DNA of 64,000 bases, taken from positions 183,584,001-183,648,000 of the forward strand of contig NC_058368.1 of assembly GCF_018350175.1 (NCBI RefSeq), in the 5' to 3' direction. Of this stretch, positions 52,470-64,000 are shown piece after piece. Source of the DNA: Felis catus (lineage: Eukaryota). How positions within the stretch are numbered: the stretch's first letter is position 1; the number at the start of each line of letters is the position of its first letter. The notes under the pieces were generated by a model. The model did not search any database. It saw only the letters and a program-made list of their open reading frames with translations, and was not told the origin of the DNA. The translations under genes were made by a program, and so were the position numbers.

Positions 52470-53631
52470 TGAGATATTTAGAATTATTTAGCAACATTAT
52501 GACCAGAAATTTGGTCAGATTGTAATATGATATTCAGCACCTCATAGGAATGTTTTTAAGGCCTTCTCCTCTAAATGTACCCAGAGGGAAAGAAAAACAT
52601 TCTAACATCAGTGGATGAGTGTGTCAGTCCTTTGATATTAGTTAGATGGCAACCCGTTTTTGAGCAATTAAAAATAGATGTCTTTGTTTTCCAAATGAAG
52701 TATTTTCAAGATCACTGGTGTGGCTCCTGAAACAATTCAAAGTCCACCAATCTTTCTTACCAATCCCAAACTTCCTCTATTCATCTCAAAATACCATCCT
52801 TAGGGAACCCAAATCTTAAAGAAACTTGCATTTTTTCCCCCTGTGCCTTTAAGATGTAAAAGGTCTACCTGGGGTCCCCTCCAGAATGCTTATTCAGATC
52901 ATCTCTTTGATATGCAAATTTCAGGGAGGTAATTCTTATCAGAAGCAGAAATAAAGAAGGATAGGTCACTTTAATAGATCAAATTTGTCCTATAACTAAT
53001 GAGTTGTGTATTAGTATACCTAATTCATTGCAGTAATTTAAAATGGAAGCTACAAATTCTCTACATCTGTATATATGTTCACTTGTGCGTGTGCATGTGT
53101 ATGCACACACGTGTGTGTATGTGTGTGTTTTGTAGATGTGTGACATTGTCCACTTCTGGATAGTAATGCCAAAATTAATTTGTAAAAGAGCTCTATTTAA
53201 TTGGCTTAAAGAAAAATGCTTATATAAATTAAATTCTGAGGCATATGATAGAAACTTAATCCATGTGAATTTCAGGTTTCCAAGATCTGGGAAAATATTT
53301 GATATTAAAACTGGTTTGCGTTTGTGGGTTTTAATTAAAACCGACATGTCTTTAGAGTTATTGGCATTAAATATAATACAGTGATTCTACCTAGGCTAAT
53401 TAAAGGTCAAGTGAGTTCATGTCATATCTTACAGAATTTGTCAGCCAAAAAGATAAGATAATGGTTAGCTGTTTGGTATGTCATGAAATTCACAGGACTA
53501 ATCTAGACATAATTACTATGCACAAGAGAATTAAACAGACACAAGATAAAAGTTTATAAATAAACTTTTCAACAATAACTATGTCTATTTAAATCATTTC
53601 CCTAAATATTTTTGTTAACTTAAAACCATTT

Positions 53632-53864
53632 ATTTTATTTATTTTTTTTTTAATTTTTTTTCAACGTTTATTTATTTTTGGGACAGAGAGAGACAGAGCA
53701 TGAACGGGGGAGGGGCAGAGAGAGAGGGAGACACAGAATCAGAAACAGGCTCCAGACTCCGAGCCATCAGCCCAGAGCCTGACGCGGGGCTCGAACTCAC
53801 GGAAGGCGAGATCGTGACCTGGCTGAAGTCGGACGCTTAACCGACTGCGCCACCCAGGCGCCCC
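53632..53864 (-). mobile_element. Young feline SINEC (SINEC_Fc-type)
   Basis: TSD TAAAACCATTT at 53621-53631 and 53865-53875. Confidence 0.97.
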
Positions 53865-54488
53865 TAAAACCATTTCTTTACTAAGTAAGTTAGATGATGG
53901 ATAGTCATTAAATATCCAGTTCATTTCCAAATAAGATATAACATTAATTACTGAACATGGGTTTATCTACTTTGAGCTGCTTATTACAGAGAAACTCAAA
54001 GATACTTAGATTTCTTAATACTACAATGAAAAATGAAAAAAAAAAACAAGTTATAAATTTGTCAATCTAAAGAATTTTGGTAAAACAGATAGTTGATAGT
54101 TAATTCTTAGTTTTCACTAGAAATTAAGGTATCTAAGATGTAAAAAATTCTAATAAATGGGATTGGGAAGAGGAAGATGGCAGAGTAGAAGGATTCTAAG
54201 CTCATCTTGCCCATGGACAACTCAGATAACAACCTGCATCAGTGAAACTAAGAAAGCAACCCAAAGACTGACAGAACAGACTTTCCACAGTTAACTGTAG
54301 AGAGGGAGCCATACCAGAAAGGGTAGGAGAGGCCCAAATGTGATCTGGAACCAAACCCCCAGAAAGATTAACAGAAAAGGGAGGGAGCACAGAAGAGGGA
54401 GTGAAACAAACCCCACATTAGGCACCTTAGGCATGGGGGACCTACACTGAGAAGACAAGTCCCAATGACATTTGGATTTGAAAATCAT

Positions 54489-54697
54489 GGGGTGCCTGGG
54501 TGGCTCAGTCGGTTAAGCGTCCGACTTCAGCTCAGGTCATGATCTCTCAGTCCATGAGTTCGAGCCCTGCGTCGGGCTCTGTGCTGACAGCTCAGAGCCT
54601 GGAGCCTGTTTTGGTCTGTGTCTCCCTCTCTCTCTGCCCCTCCCCCGTTCATGCTCTGTCTCTCTGTGTCTCAAAAATAAATAAATGTTAAAAAAAT
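54489..54697 (+). mobile_element. SINEC nested in the L1 5'UTR
   Basis: SINEC; degenerate TSD tttgaa(a/t)atca. Confidence 0.94.
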
Positions 54698-56945
54698 TTT
54701 GAATATCAGTGGGATTTAACTTTACATATTTTTACAAACAGTGAAACTTACCTCTGGGTACTTTAAAAATCAGTGGGCTTAGCTCAGAGAGCTAGAGAGT
54801 TATAGTCCTTGCCCTGATTGAGCCAGCATAATAAACAACACCAGTGAGATACAGCATAGAACCAACAGTATGAAAAGCACCTGGGGTACAGGTGATGGAG
54901 GTTTATTTACTAATCTCAGAATGTGTGTTGAAGAGATAGGTATCTTTAGAAAACTTCTCCAAGAACAAAGAGCTGGGGGGCACTGTTTATCTAGTCCCCC
55001 CTCCCTCCAATAACCTAACATTTTCAGGAAGCAGCACACCCTCCACCTATCTTGCTAACAGTGTGTACTCTATCCCAATGGTCTGAAAATCTGCCCCATC
55101 CAACCTGCCCCATTGAACAAACATCCCTCCAAAGCAGCTCTTACCTTGACACATCCTGCAAGCAGCTCTGGCAAGGACCAGCACCATTCTAAAGTGACTT
55201 GTGCCCTGAGAAGAGGGAAAGATAACCACCCACACCAGTATGACTGCGGCCCCGGCAGATAGATTTAAGGCAGGCATCTGGTCTAACTGCCAGCCTTGCC
55301 CACCAACAAAAGCCTCTCAGAAGACAGGCAAGGAGGGCACACTGCAGTTTAGAGTCTGCATACCAGCAGACAAGCTGAAGGCAGGTATCTGGTCTGACAC
55401 TCATACTACCCAACTACAAGCCTACAATAGCCCCCATATTGGCTCCTTCACAACATAGGAACTAAACCCTGGACAGTGCATCTTCAGTAGCCAAAGGGGG
55501 CCAACACAGTCAACTGGATGGAAAGCAAATGAGGCTTGGCCACAGCAGTAAGGTGCAAGCAACAAATACAGGAGACACCCTTGAAGAACCTGATTCTGGT
55601 AAACAGGGGACATTGTGCTACAGGGCATCACCAGGGGATCTCTTCTTCATCAGGCCAACACTTTCAAGAGAATGAGAGGTTGAGAATTCTTTAGGCCAAA
55701 AGAAAAGACCATAATCCCATAATCAGGAGTAAGAAAATTATTAAAGGGAAAAAAATCACAGGTAGATGCAAACATAATAAAGAAATATTAATTACTTACA
55801 AAACCAGTATGAAGGTTAAAGCACAAAAGCAGTAAAATCAATTATACCTATAAAAATCACTCAAGAGATTAACAAAATAAAAGGATGTAAAGTATAACAT
55901 CATATATATATAAAATGTGTGGTGGGAGAAGTAAAACTTTAGTGTTGTTAGAATGGGTTCAAACTTAAGCAACCACCGACTTAAAATAGAATGCTATATG
56001 CATAAGATATTGTGTATGAACATAATGATAACCATGAATAAATAATCTGTAACAGATACACAAAAAAACAAAGAAAAAGGAATCCAAGCATATCCCTAAA
56101 GAAAGCCATCAAACCACAAAGGAAGAGAGTAAGAGAAGATAAAGGAACAGAGAAGAACTATGAAAACTGAAAAACAAATAACACAAGACAATAGCTACAT
56201 ACCTATCAATAATTATATTAAATGCAAATGGACTAAATGCTCTAATCAAAAGACATAAGGTGACTGAATGCATAAAAAAACAAGACCACTCTATATGCTA
56301 CCTATAATAGATTCACTACAGACCTAAAGACACATGCAGATTTGAAGTGAAGGGACAGAAAAACAGTTATCATGCAAATGAAGGTGAAAGAAAGCAAGAG
56401 TAGCAATACTTACATCAGACAAAATACACTTTAAATCAAAGACTAAAAAGAGACAAAGAAGGAAACTATACAATAATAAAAGGACCAATCCAACAAGAGG
56501 ATATAACAATTGTGGATATTTAAGCACCAAACATACAGAAGCTAATACATAAAGCAACTATTAACAAATATAAAGAAGAAACCGAGTGTAATATGATAAT
56601 AATTGGGGACTTTAACACCTCACATCAATGAATAGATCATCTACATAGAAAATCAACAAGAAAACAGTGGCTTTGAATGACATACTGGACCAAATGACCC
56701 TAAGAGAGATGTTCAGAATATTCCACCCTAAAACAGGAGAACACACATTCTTTTCAAGAGCACATGGAACATTCTCCAGAAAAGATCAATGTGAGGCCAT
56801 AAAACAAGTCTCAAAAAGACTGAAAACCTATCATGCATCTTTTCTAATCAGAATGGTATGAAACTAGAAATCAATCACAAGAAAAAGTCTCAAAAGAATA
56901 CAAATACATAGAGGCTAAATAACATGCTACTAAAATGAACGGGCC

Positions 56946-57165
56946 GGGGCGCCTGTATGGCTCAGTCAGTTGAGTGACCGACTTCGGCTCAGGTCATGAT
57001 CTCACAGTCTGTGAGTTTGAGCCCCACGTCGGGCTCTGTGCTGACAGCTCAGAGCCTGGAAACTGCTTCAGATTCTGTGTCTCCCTCTCTCTCTGCCCCT
57101 CCCCTGCTCACGCTGTGTCTCTCTCTCTATGTCAAAAATAAATAAACATTAAAAAAAATTTTTTT
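56946..57165 (+). mobile_element. SINEC nested in L1 ORF2
   Basis: TSD aatgaa(c/t)gggcc. Confidence 0.94.
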
Positions 57166-57749
57166 AATGAATGGGCCAAACTAAAAATAAAAAAGGAAAT
57201 TAAAATATATATATATATGCAGACAAATAAAAATGAAAACACAATGATCCAAATCTTTGGGATGCAGCAAAAGTTGTTCTTAGAAGGAGGTTTATAGCAA
57301 TACAGGCCTACCTCAAGAGACAAGAAAAAAGAGAGAGAGAGGACTCAAATAAATAAAATAGAAAATGAAGGAGGAGAAATAGTAACTCAAAACACAGAAA
57401 AACAAGAGTATGAGAAAATATTTTGAAAAATTATATACTAACAAATTGGAACAACCCTAAGGAAATGGATAAATTCCTAGAAACACATAACCTTCCAAAA
57501 CTGAATCAGGAAGAAATAGAAAATTTGAACAGACTAACTACTAGCAATGAAATTGAATCAGTAATAAAAAAACTCCCAAAAAACAAAAGTCCAGGATTAG
57601 ATGGCTTCACAGGTGAATTCTAGCAAATATTTAAAGAAGGGTTAATACCTATGATTCTCAAATTATTCCAAAAAATAGAACAGAAAGGAAAGCTTCCAAA
57701 TTCATTCTACAAGGCCATCATTACCCTGATACTAAAACCAGGTAAAGAC

Positions 57750-57752
<3 letters not shown>

Positions 57753-57802
<50 letters not shown>
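57753..57802. repeat. (GA)25 microsatellite
   Basis: Directly visible. Confidence 0.96.
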
Positions 57803-57804
<2 letters not shown>

Positions 57805-57814
57805 AAATGAACTT

Positions 57815-58003
57815 GGGGCACCTGGGTGGTTCAGCTGGTTAAGCATCTGACTTCGGCTCATGATCTCACAGTTTGTGAGTTTAAGCCCCACATCAGTCTC
57901 TCTGCTGTCAATACAGAGCCTGTTTGGGATCCTCTATCTCCCTCTCTCTCTGCGCCTCCCTGCCTGTGCTCTCTCCCTCTCAAAAACAAATAAATATTTA
58001 AAA
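57815..58003 (+). mobile_element. SINEC nested in L1 ORF2
   Basis: SINEC head, body and tail. Confidence 0.92.
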
Positions 58004-61000
58004 AGAGAGAGATAACTACAGACCAATATCTGTGATGAACATACATGCAAAAATCCTCAGGAAAATATTAGCAAAGTAAATCCAACAGTACACTAAAAAG
58101 TCATTTCCCACAATCAAGTGGGATTTATTCCAGGACTGCAAGGGTGGTTCAATCAATCAATGTGATACATCACATCAACATAAGGATAAAAACAACATGA
58201 TCATTTCAATATATGCAGAAAAAGTATCTGATGAAGTACAGTGTACATACATGATGAAAACCTTCAAAAAAGTAGGTTTAAAGGGAACATACTTTAACAT
58301 AATAAAAACCTTTCATGAAAAACATACAGCTGACTTCATACTCCATGGGGAAAAACAGAGATTTTCCTCTAAGACCAGGAGCAAGACAAACATGTTTTCT
58401 CTCACTACTTTTATATAACATAGCACTGGAAGTCCTATATGCAATGATGACACAAGAACAAGAAATAAGGGGTATTTCTACTGATAAATGAAAAGTTAAA
58501 CTGTCACAATTTGCAGATGGCATAATACTATACATGTAAAACCCTAAAATCTCCACCAAAAAACTACTAGAACTGATAAATGAATTTTAAAGTCAAAGGA
58601 TACAAAATTAATATACAGATATCTGATGCATATCTGTACACTAATAATGAAATAGCAGAAAGAAAAATAAAGAAAACAATCCCATTTATAACTATATCAA
58701 AAATAATGACATACCTAGAAATAAACTTAACTAAAGATGTGCAAGACCTGTACTCTGGAAACTATAAAACACTGATGAAAGATTAAAAATTACACAAACA
58801 AATGGAAAGATAGTCCATTCCCACATATTGGAAAAACCAATATTGTTAAAATATCCTTCCACCCAAGCCAATCTACAAATTTAATGCAATCACTGTTAAA
58901 AAGCCAACAACATATTTCCCAGAACTTGAACAAATTTTCCTAAGTTTGTAAGAAACCACAAAGACCCCAAATAGCCAAAGTAATGTTGAAAAAGAACAAA
59001 GGTAGAGGTATCATAATCCCAAATTTCAAGATATACTACAAAGATGTAGTAATCAAAACAGTATGGTACTGGCACACACAAATGGACACATAGACATAGA
59101 AACATAGAGAATCTAGAAATAAATCCACGCTTAAATCATCAATTAATCTATGACAAAGGAGGCAAGAATACACAATGGGGGAACACAGCCTCTGCAACAG
59201 AGGATACTGGTAAAACAGAATAGCTACATACAAAAGAATGAAACTAGACTATCTTATAGATACACAAAAATAAACTGAAAGTGGATTAAAGGCTTAAATG
59301 TAAAATGTGAAACCATAAAAATCCTAAAAGAACACATGGGCAGTAATTTCTTTGACATCAACTGTAGGAATATTTTTCTAAACACGTCTCCTCAGATGGT
59401 GGGGTGGGGGGACAAAATTAAACTATTAGGACTATAGCAAAATACAAAGCTTTTGTACAGCAAACAAAACCATCAACAAAAAGGCTACCTACTGAATGGC
59501 GGAAGATATTTCTAAATGATATATTGGATAAGGGGTTAAAATCCAAAATATATAAATAGCTCATACAGCTGAACACCAAAACAAATCGTCCAGTTTAAAA
59601 AATGGGCAGAGGACATGAATAGCCATTTTTCCAAAGAAGATATACAGATGGACAACAGACATATGAAAAGATGCTCAACACCACTAATCATCAGAGAAAT
59701 GCAAATTAAAACCATAATGAGATATCACTTTATACTTGTCAGAATGGCTAAGATGAAAAACTTAAGAAATAACAAGTATTGGTGAGGATATGGAGTAAAA
59801 GGAACCTTTATGCACTGTTGATGAAAATGCAAATTGGTATAGCCACTATGGAAAACAGTACGAAAGTTCTTCAAAAAATTATGACTCACTGATTCCACTA
59901 CTGAGTATTTACCCATAGAAAATGAAAACACTAATCCAAAAAGATAAATGCACCTCTATGTTTATTGCAACATTATTTACAACACCTAAGATATGAAAGC
60001 AACCCAATGTCCATTGAAATAAGAATAGAGATTTTTTTTTTTTTTGGGTGGGGGAGGGAAAATGTCATTTTGTTCTAAAGTGAGACTGGTTGTTTAAAAA
60101 GAAAAAAAAATAGGACAAAATCTAAACGTAATAAAGAAGTTGTAACAAGTTTGTGTAAAGGCAACTTAGGAAAGGAATTTTATGCATATTAAAGGTAAAT
60201 GAATGTGAAGTTTTCTTTTTAAATAAGCTTTAATATCAATGCTGTACTTATGTAAAACTAAATCTGAATTTTCTTTCATCTGCTGAAATGACAAGTTTTT
60301 ATAGATGATTCATCTGATCAAAAGAAAACAAAAAAACAAAAAAGAAAGGTTTTCTTTAGCTTTTATGTGATATTTTAATCAAAATAATGTCCTGTGTTTG
60401 CTGTCTTTATCGGGTGTTTGATTATTTATAAACCTAGTACTCTTCATATTAAAAGAGCTACATTTTGCTCAGAACCATACAACCTTCTATATTTTCCCAT
60501 GGAGTCTTTAGTTGTCACTACAGTTAAATGAGTAACTACATATTGTTTCACAGTTAACCAGGCTCCTATTTGACCAAGGGTTTTAAAATATTTTGATATT
60601 TATAACAAACTTCCCCAAATGAAATTCTAAATGAACTCTTCTTTCACCTTGAACTGGCTTTGAGATTTCCAAAGAGTCCCTGGGACATCCCCAAAAATAG
60701 ATATTCTCTTCTTACAAAAAGGGAGATGTTAAACTAATTGGGCTAATTTGAGTTAAATTACATGAGAAACACCATAAAATAAAAATACTAAGCCCTCCTT
60801 TTGTTGCATTTCTGTAGATATGTGGCATAAGTGCTCTAAAAATTCTTCTGTGAAATTCTCACAGATCTGATATGTCCCAGCATAATGTTGTCAGTCATAA
60901 TTCTCATTATTATCTTAAAGTGTTGCATGTTACAGAAATAACCAAATTTCCTTGTCAATTTCATTATAATGAACTCTCATCAGATCTTTAACAATGAGCA

Positions 61001-61970
61001 TCTTTAAGTCTTTTCATAGATCATTATTGTTTTATTCTGATGCTTTTACAACAGTGTTCTTGCAAAAATGATTCATTTTAAGGAAATTCATGGAAAAGAC
61101 GTTCAGCAAGCTCACGTTTCTGATAACTTTAATATCATAAAACTTAACTGTATAAGAATTTCCAGAACTAGTGGAAAAAGTGTATTCAAGCAAATAAAAT
61201 ATCACATGGGACTGAATGAACTAAGGATGCTGATTATAATTTTTATGACTTTTAGTTTGAACACTGCAGATTCCTTGATGCTTTGGTTTGGGGGGTTTTG
61301 TTTTTGTTTTTGTTTTTGTTTTCAGATTGAAGGAAACCCTTTCCTTAAGCTATCTAGGACTTACAGCAATTTGATAAAGTATATTCTTGTAAACAAAGAT
61401 GAAAACATTTCCTTTTTCTCTCTGAACCCTCCAGAATACTTTTGAGTATTCTTTTCTTGGCAATACAGTTAGTTATTTGCATAAGTTCAATAATAGCTCG
61501 CCTTGTAGAAGGACAGAAGTGGAAACATTGGCTGCATTACCAAGGCTTTGACAGAAATGGTAATGCAGGTAAATCTGATGACCCATCTTTGGCTTGGTTT
61601 TCTGTCCTCAGAGGCTTTAAGTGTTCATCCTGAGACTCCTTATGAAAAATTCCAGCAAAGTAGTCTTAGAAAGAGTTTACATGGTCAGTAACTATTTTTG
61701 CTATACTTATGTGAATAATCAGGCCAAATTTAATGCAAACAAATTAGTTTTATTGTGACTATATTTGGTAAAAAATGAATATATGTGGAGAGAGAAAAAC
61801 TATGTTTTCACTTTGGTTCATGCTAGATTTTAATCCTATGAATTTTCTTTGATGTTGTGTTACAATACCTGTAAACCAGACTGGATCTGTACTCCAGTTT
61901 CCTTAACTATCTATGATTTTCTAAACTAACATTTCCAATTTTCTCCCATCCTTCGGATTTGGAAGCACTA

Positions 61971-62165
61971 AGAACAAAGACTGCCCTTGAATCTCTCTGG
62001 AAGGTACTATACCAGGTCCTCCTCAATACCCAGACGGCAGCCAGACTTTAGGGACTTGAGCCTTGAGTACTTATCTCACAGCTGAAGGAAGCTGTGCCTG
62101 ACATATGGTCCTGTGCAGATCTTGGTGACTTCCAAATCAAATTTATAAAGAAGAAAAGTAGCTAA
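61971..62165 (+). pseudogene. pol: ERV pol relic (integrase C-terminal GPY/F region)
   Basis: RTKTALESLWKVLYQVLLNTQTAARL*GLEP*VLISQLKEAVPDIWSC matches the gamma-type 'LEPRWKGPYQVLLTT.TA.KL.G..PW.H.S.LK' pattern. Confidence 0.8.
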
Positions 62166-62218
62166 TTTTGAGGTAGACTGCCTCCTCCCAAAACAATGGA
62201 TCAAGACATCCTAATTTA

Positions 62219-62391
62219 GGGGCATGTGGGTGGCTTAGTCAGGTTAAGCATCCAACTTCAGCTCAGGTCACAATCTCACAGCTCGTGAGTTAGAGCCACA
62301 TGTTGGGCTTTGTGCTGACAGCTCAGAACTTGGATCCTACTTTGGATTCTGTGTCTTCATCCCTTTCTGCCCCTCCCCTGATTGCTCGCTT

Positions 62392-62429
<38 letters not shown>

Positions 62430-62452
62430 TTCAAAAATAAACATAAAAAAAA
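62219..62452 (+). mobile_element. SINEC
   Basis: SINEC between the pol and env relics; degenerate TSD. Confidence 0.92.
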
Positions 62453-62480
62453 GTTTTAAGGCTTCCTACTTTAACTAAAC

Positions 62481-62940
62481 ATGAAACACTTTTCTTCTTT
62501 TTTTTACTCTAGTATTGGCTTAGAACAATAATGCTATGATCTGAATCTCCCAGGCTATTGCTAACAGGGGTAACTTTTCTGACTGTTTTATCTACCACCA
62601 GAAACTCCAATCTCTTCATGATGTTAGAGATACCTTAGTCTTACCCATAACCAATTTCTCTTATGATCTATTTCCCTGCACTCAAGCAAGAGAAATACAA
62701 ACAGACTAACTCTTCATCGCAAGGCTTTTGGAAAAGACCACTTTAAGATGAGATAGTACCTCACAGAATGTCATCCCAATTCCTCTGATCCCTGTTTTGA
62801 AAAGGCCAATCAAGAAATTCCAAATAATGGATCTCTCAATAACCAGATCTTAGCTGGAGTCTCTGCGCTTCACCTGGTTTCATTTTTATCCACAGTGAAT
62901 TGTATTTTCAATAGGCATGTGAAAGTTTAGATAGCTGTTT
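62481..62940 (+). pseudogene. env: ERV env relic (signal peptide and partial SU; TM not visible)
   Basis: TLVLA*NNNAMI*ISQAIANRGNFSDCFIYHQ (decayed CWICH motif) and CASPGFIFIH (C..PGY.F.C-like). Confidence 0.68.
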
Positions 62941-63196
62941 AGATAGAAGGAATGAGTCTAACACAAATCGTGCATGTGTGAATCACACATATTTGTGAAA
63001 ATCTCTATTGTTGGGTCAGACATGATGTTAAATATTGATTTCATTTCCATAGGATGAAGTAATGTCATGAGGATAATCAATCACACTTTCTAAATTTCTA
63101 AACAAATTGATATTTATCTCTTATACTTATATTCCTCCAGACACCTAGGGGCTATATTTACGGAACAATGGAGGTTTGGAGAGGGAGTCTCCCCAG

Positions 63197-63582
63197 TGAA
63201 TGGGGTTAAATTCATTAAACAAGGAAGCCATTAGACCAGTAGCTCTAATGCTGTGATGGCTTTAAAAAATAAGTAAGTAAGTAAGTAAGTAAGCAAATAA
63301 ATAAATAAAAATCTAAGCCTATAAATGCCTCCAGGTCATAAAATTTAAACCTAAAGACAACCAGTTACAGTCAACTTGGCTTTAAGCTATAGTCAATCAA
63401 TAATTTCCTTACTTTACTTCCATCTTCTCTCCATAGCAATCTCTCCCAGAGCAGCTGTCCATGGAGAGCTGTTAATCACTTCCAGTTTGGCACAGCCCTT
63501 TTCAAATAGATTTTTGCTTTAAAAAAGTACTTTAAAAATGTAACATATTTTAGTTTCTCTTTTTTAAAAAGTATGTATTTAT

Positions 63583-63630
<48 letters not shown>

Positions 63631-63794
63631 CAAGTGGGAGGTGGGGGAAGGATCCCAAGCAGGCTCTGCGCTGTAGTGTAGACACCAGGAGCCATCTCAC
63701 AAGCCATGAGATCAAGAACTGGGCTGAAATCAAGAGTCAGACACTTAACTAACGGAGCCATCCAGGCATCTCATGCTTTAGTTTATTTTTAACA
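63197..63794 (+). mobile_element. Second ERV1-class LTR, different family from the 50.35-kb LTR, interrupted by a SINE
   Basis: 'tgaatggggttaaattcattaaac...gccattagacc...gctctaatgc' to 'gtttatttttaaca'; TG...CA termini. Confidence 0.7.
63560..63771 (-). mobile_element. SINEC
   Basis: Reverse SINE with (GA)n; degenerate TSD cat..tttagttt. Confidence 0.9.
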
Positions 63795-63934
63795 GTGGTA
63801 AATCTTTCATGTAAGCTTTCAAAGTGGGTATAAGCTAAGAGTGCTAAACTTTGATTCATCATATAATCACACTTAAGAATTATAGTTGCAAGAGAGTCAG
63901 AAATATAGAAAGAAAGAGAAGTATCGATGTAAAA

Positions 63935-64000
63935 TAACAAAACAAAAAAGCAGAGAAAGACAAATACTGTATGATCTCTTATAAGCCAAAATGTAAAAAA
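63935..64000 (+). mobile_element. L1 3'-end fragment (runs off the window)
   Basis: 'cagagaaagacaaatactgtatgatctc'. Confidence 0.6.

Larger units (their letters stand above)
54165..60030 (+). mobile_element. Older carnivore L1 inserted in the ERV: 5'UTR, inter-ORF region and decayed ORF2; ORF1 and 3'UTR not visible
   Basis: Starts 'gggaagaggaagatggcagagtag'. ORF2 from ~56190 (YLSIIILNANGLNA), '[24 protein letters not shown]', 'FADGII'. Ends at 'aacccaatgtccattga' with no 3'UTR or poly(A). Confidence 0.9.
50790..62940 (+). mobile_element. Decayed, internally deleted ERV1 (MER4/MER34-group-like) internal region, interrupted by an L1 and SINEs
   Basis: gag relic, long AT-rich non-coding interior (~52-54.1 kb and ~60-61.9 kb), integrase C-terminus and env N-terminus, in canonical order and on the same strand. 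Confidence 0.82.

Noticed and set aside
1..64000. CRISPR array, operon or other prokaryotic system
   Set aside because: No regularly spaced repeat-spacer structure; the sequence is mammalian repeat-rich DNA.

Overview
AT-rich mammalian genomic DNA, almost certainly from a felid (cat-like). It carries many carnivore tRNA-derived SINEs (SINEC), including near-identical young copies of the cat SINEC_Fc type. I find no host protein-coding exon, RNA gene or prokaryote-type system. The long ORFs in the track are LINE-1 ORF1/ORF2 fragments, and most short ones are SINE/L1 read-through or unrecognisable. Main contents: (1) a full-length but disabled L1 (15599-21535) with a perfect 18-bp TSD; (2) several truncated or rearranged L1s, including a 5'-inverted twin-priming-type copy (41574-42281); (3) a decayed, internally deleted ERV1-class provirus from ~50350 with LTR, PBS and gag, integrase and env relics, interrupted by a 5.9-kb L1 and several SINEs and followed by a non-matching LTR; (4) old MaLR/ERVL LTRs, L2, MIR, Tigger and hAT MITEs, and microsatellites. 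The best non-routine leads are a probable very old L2-clade RT relic carrying a clean 111-bp exon-like splice-site pair (6825-6935) and a nearby homeodomain-type motif cluster. I see no convincing previously undescribed biological system. Repeat subfamily names come from my memory of consensus sequences and need confirming with RepeatMasker/Dfam.
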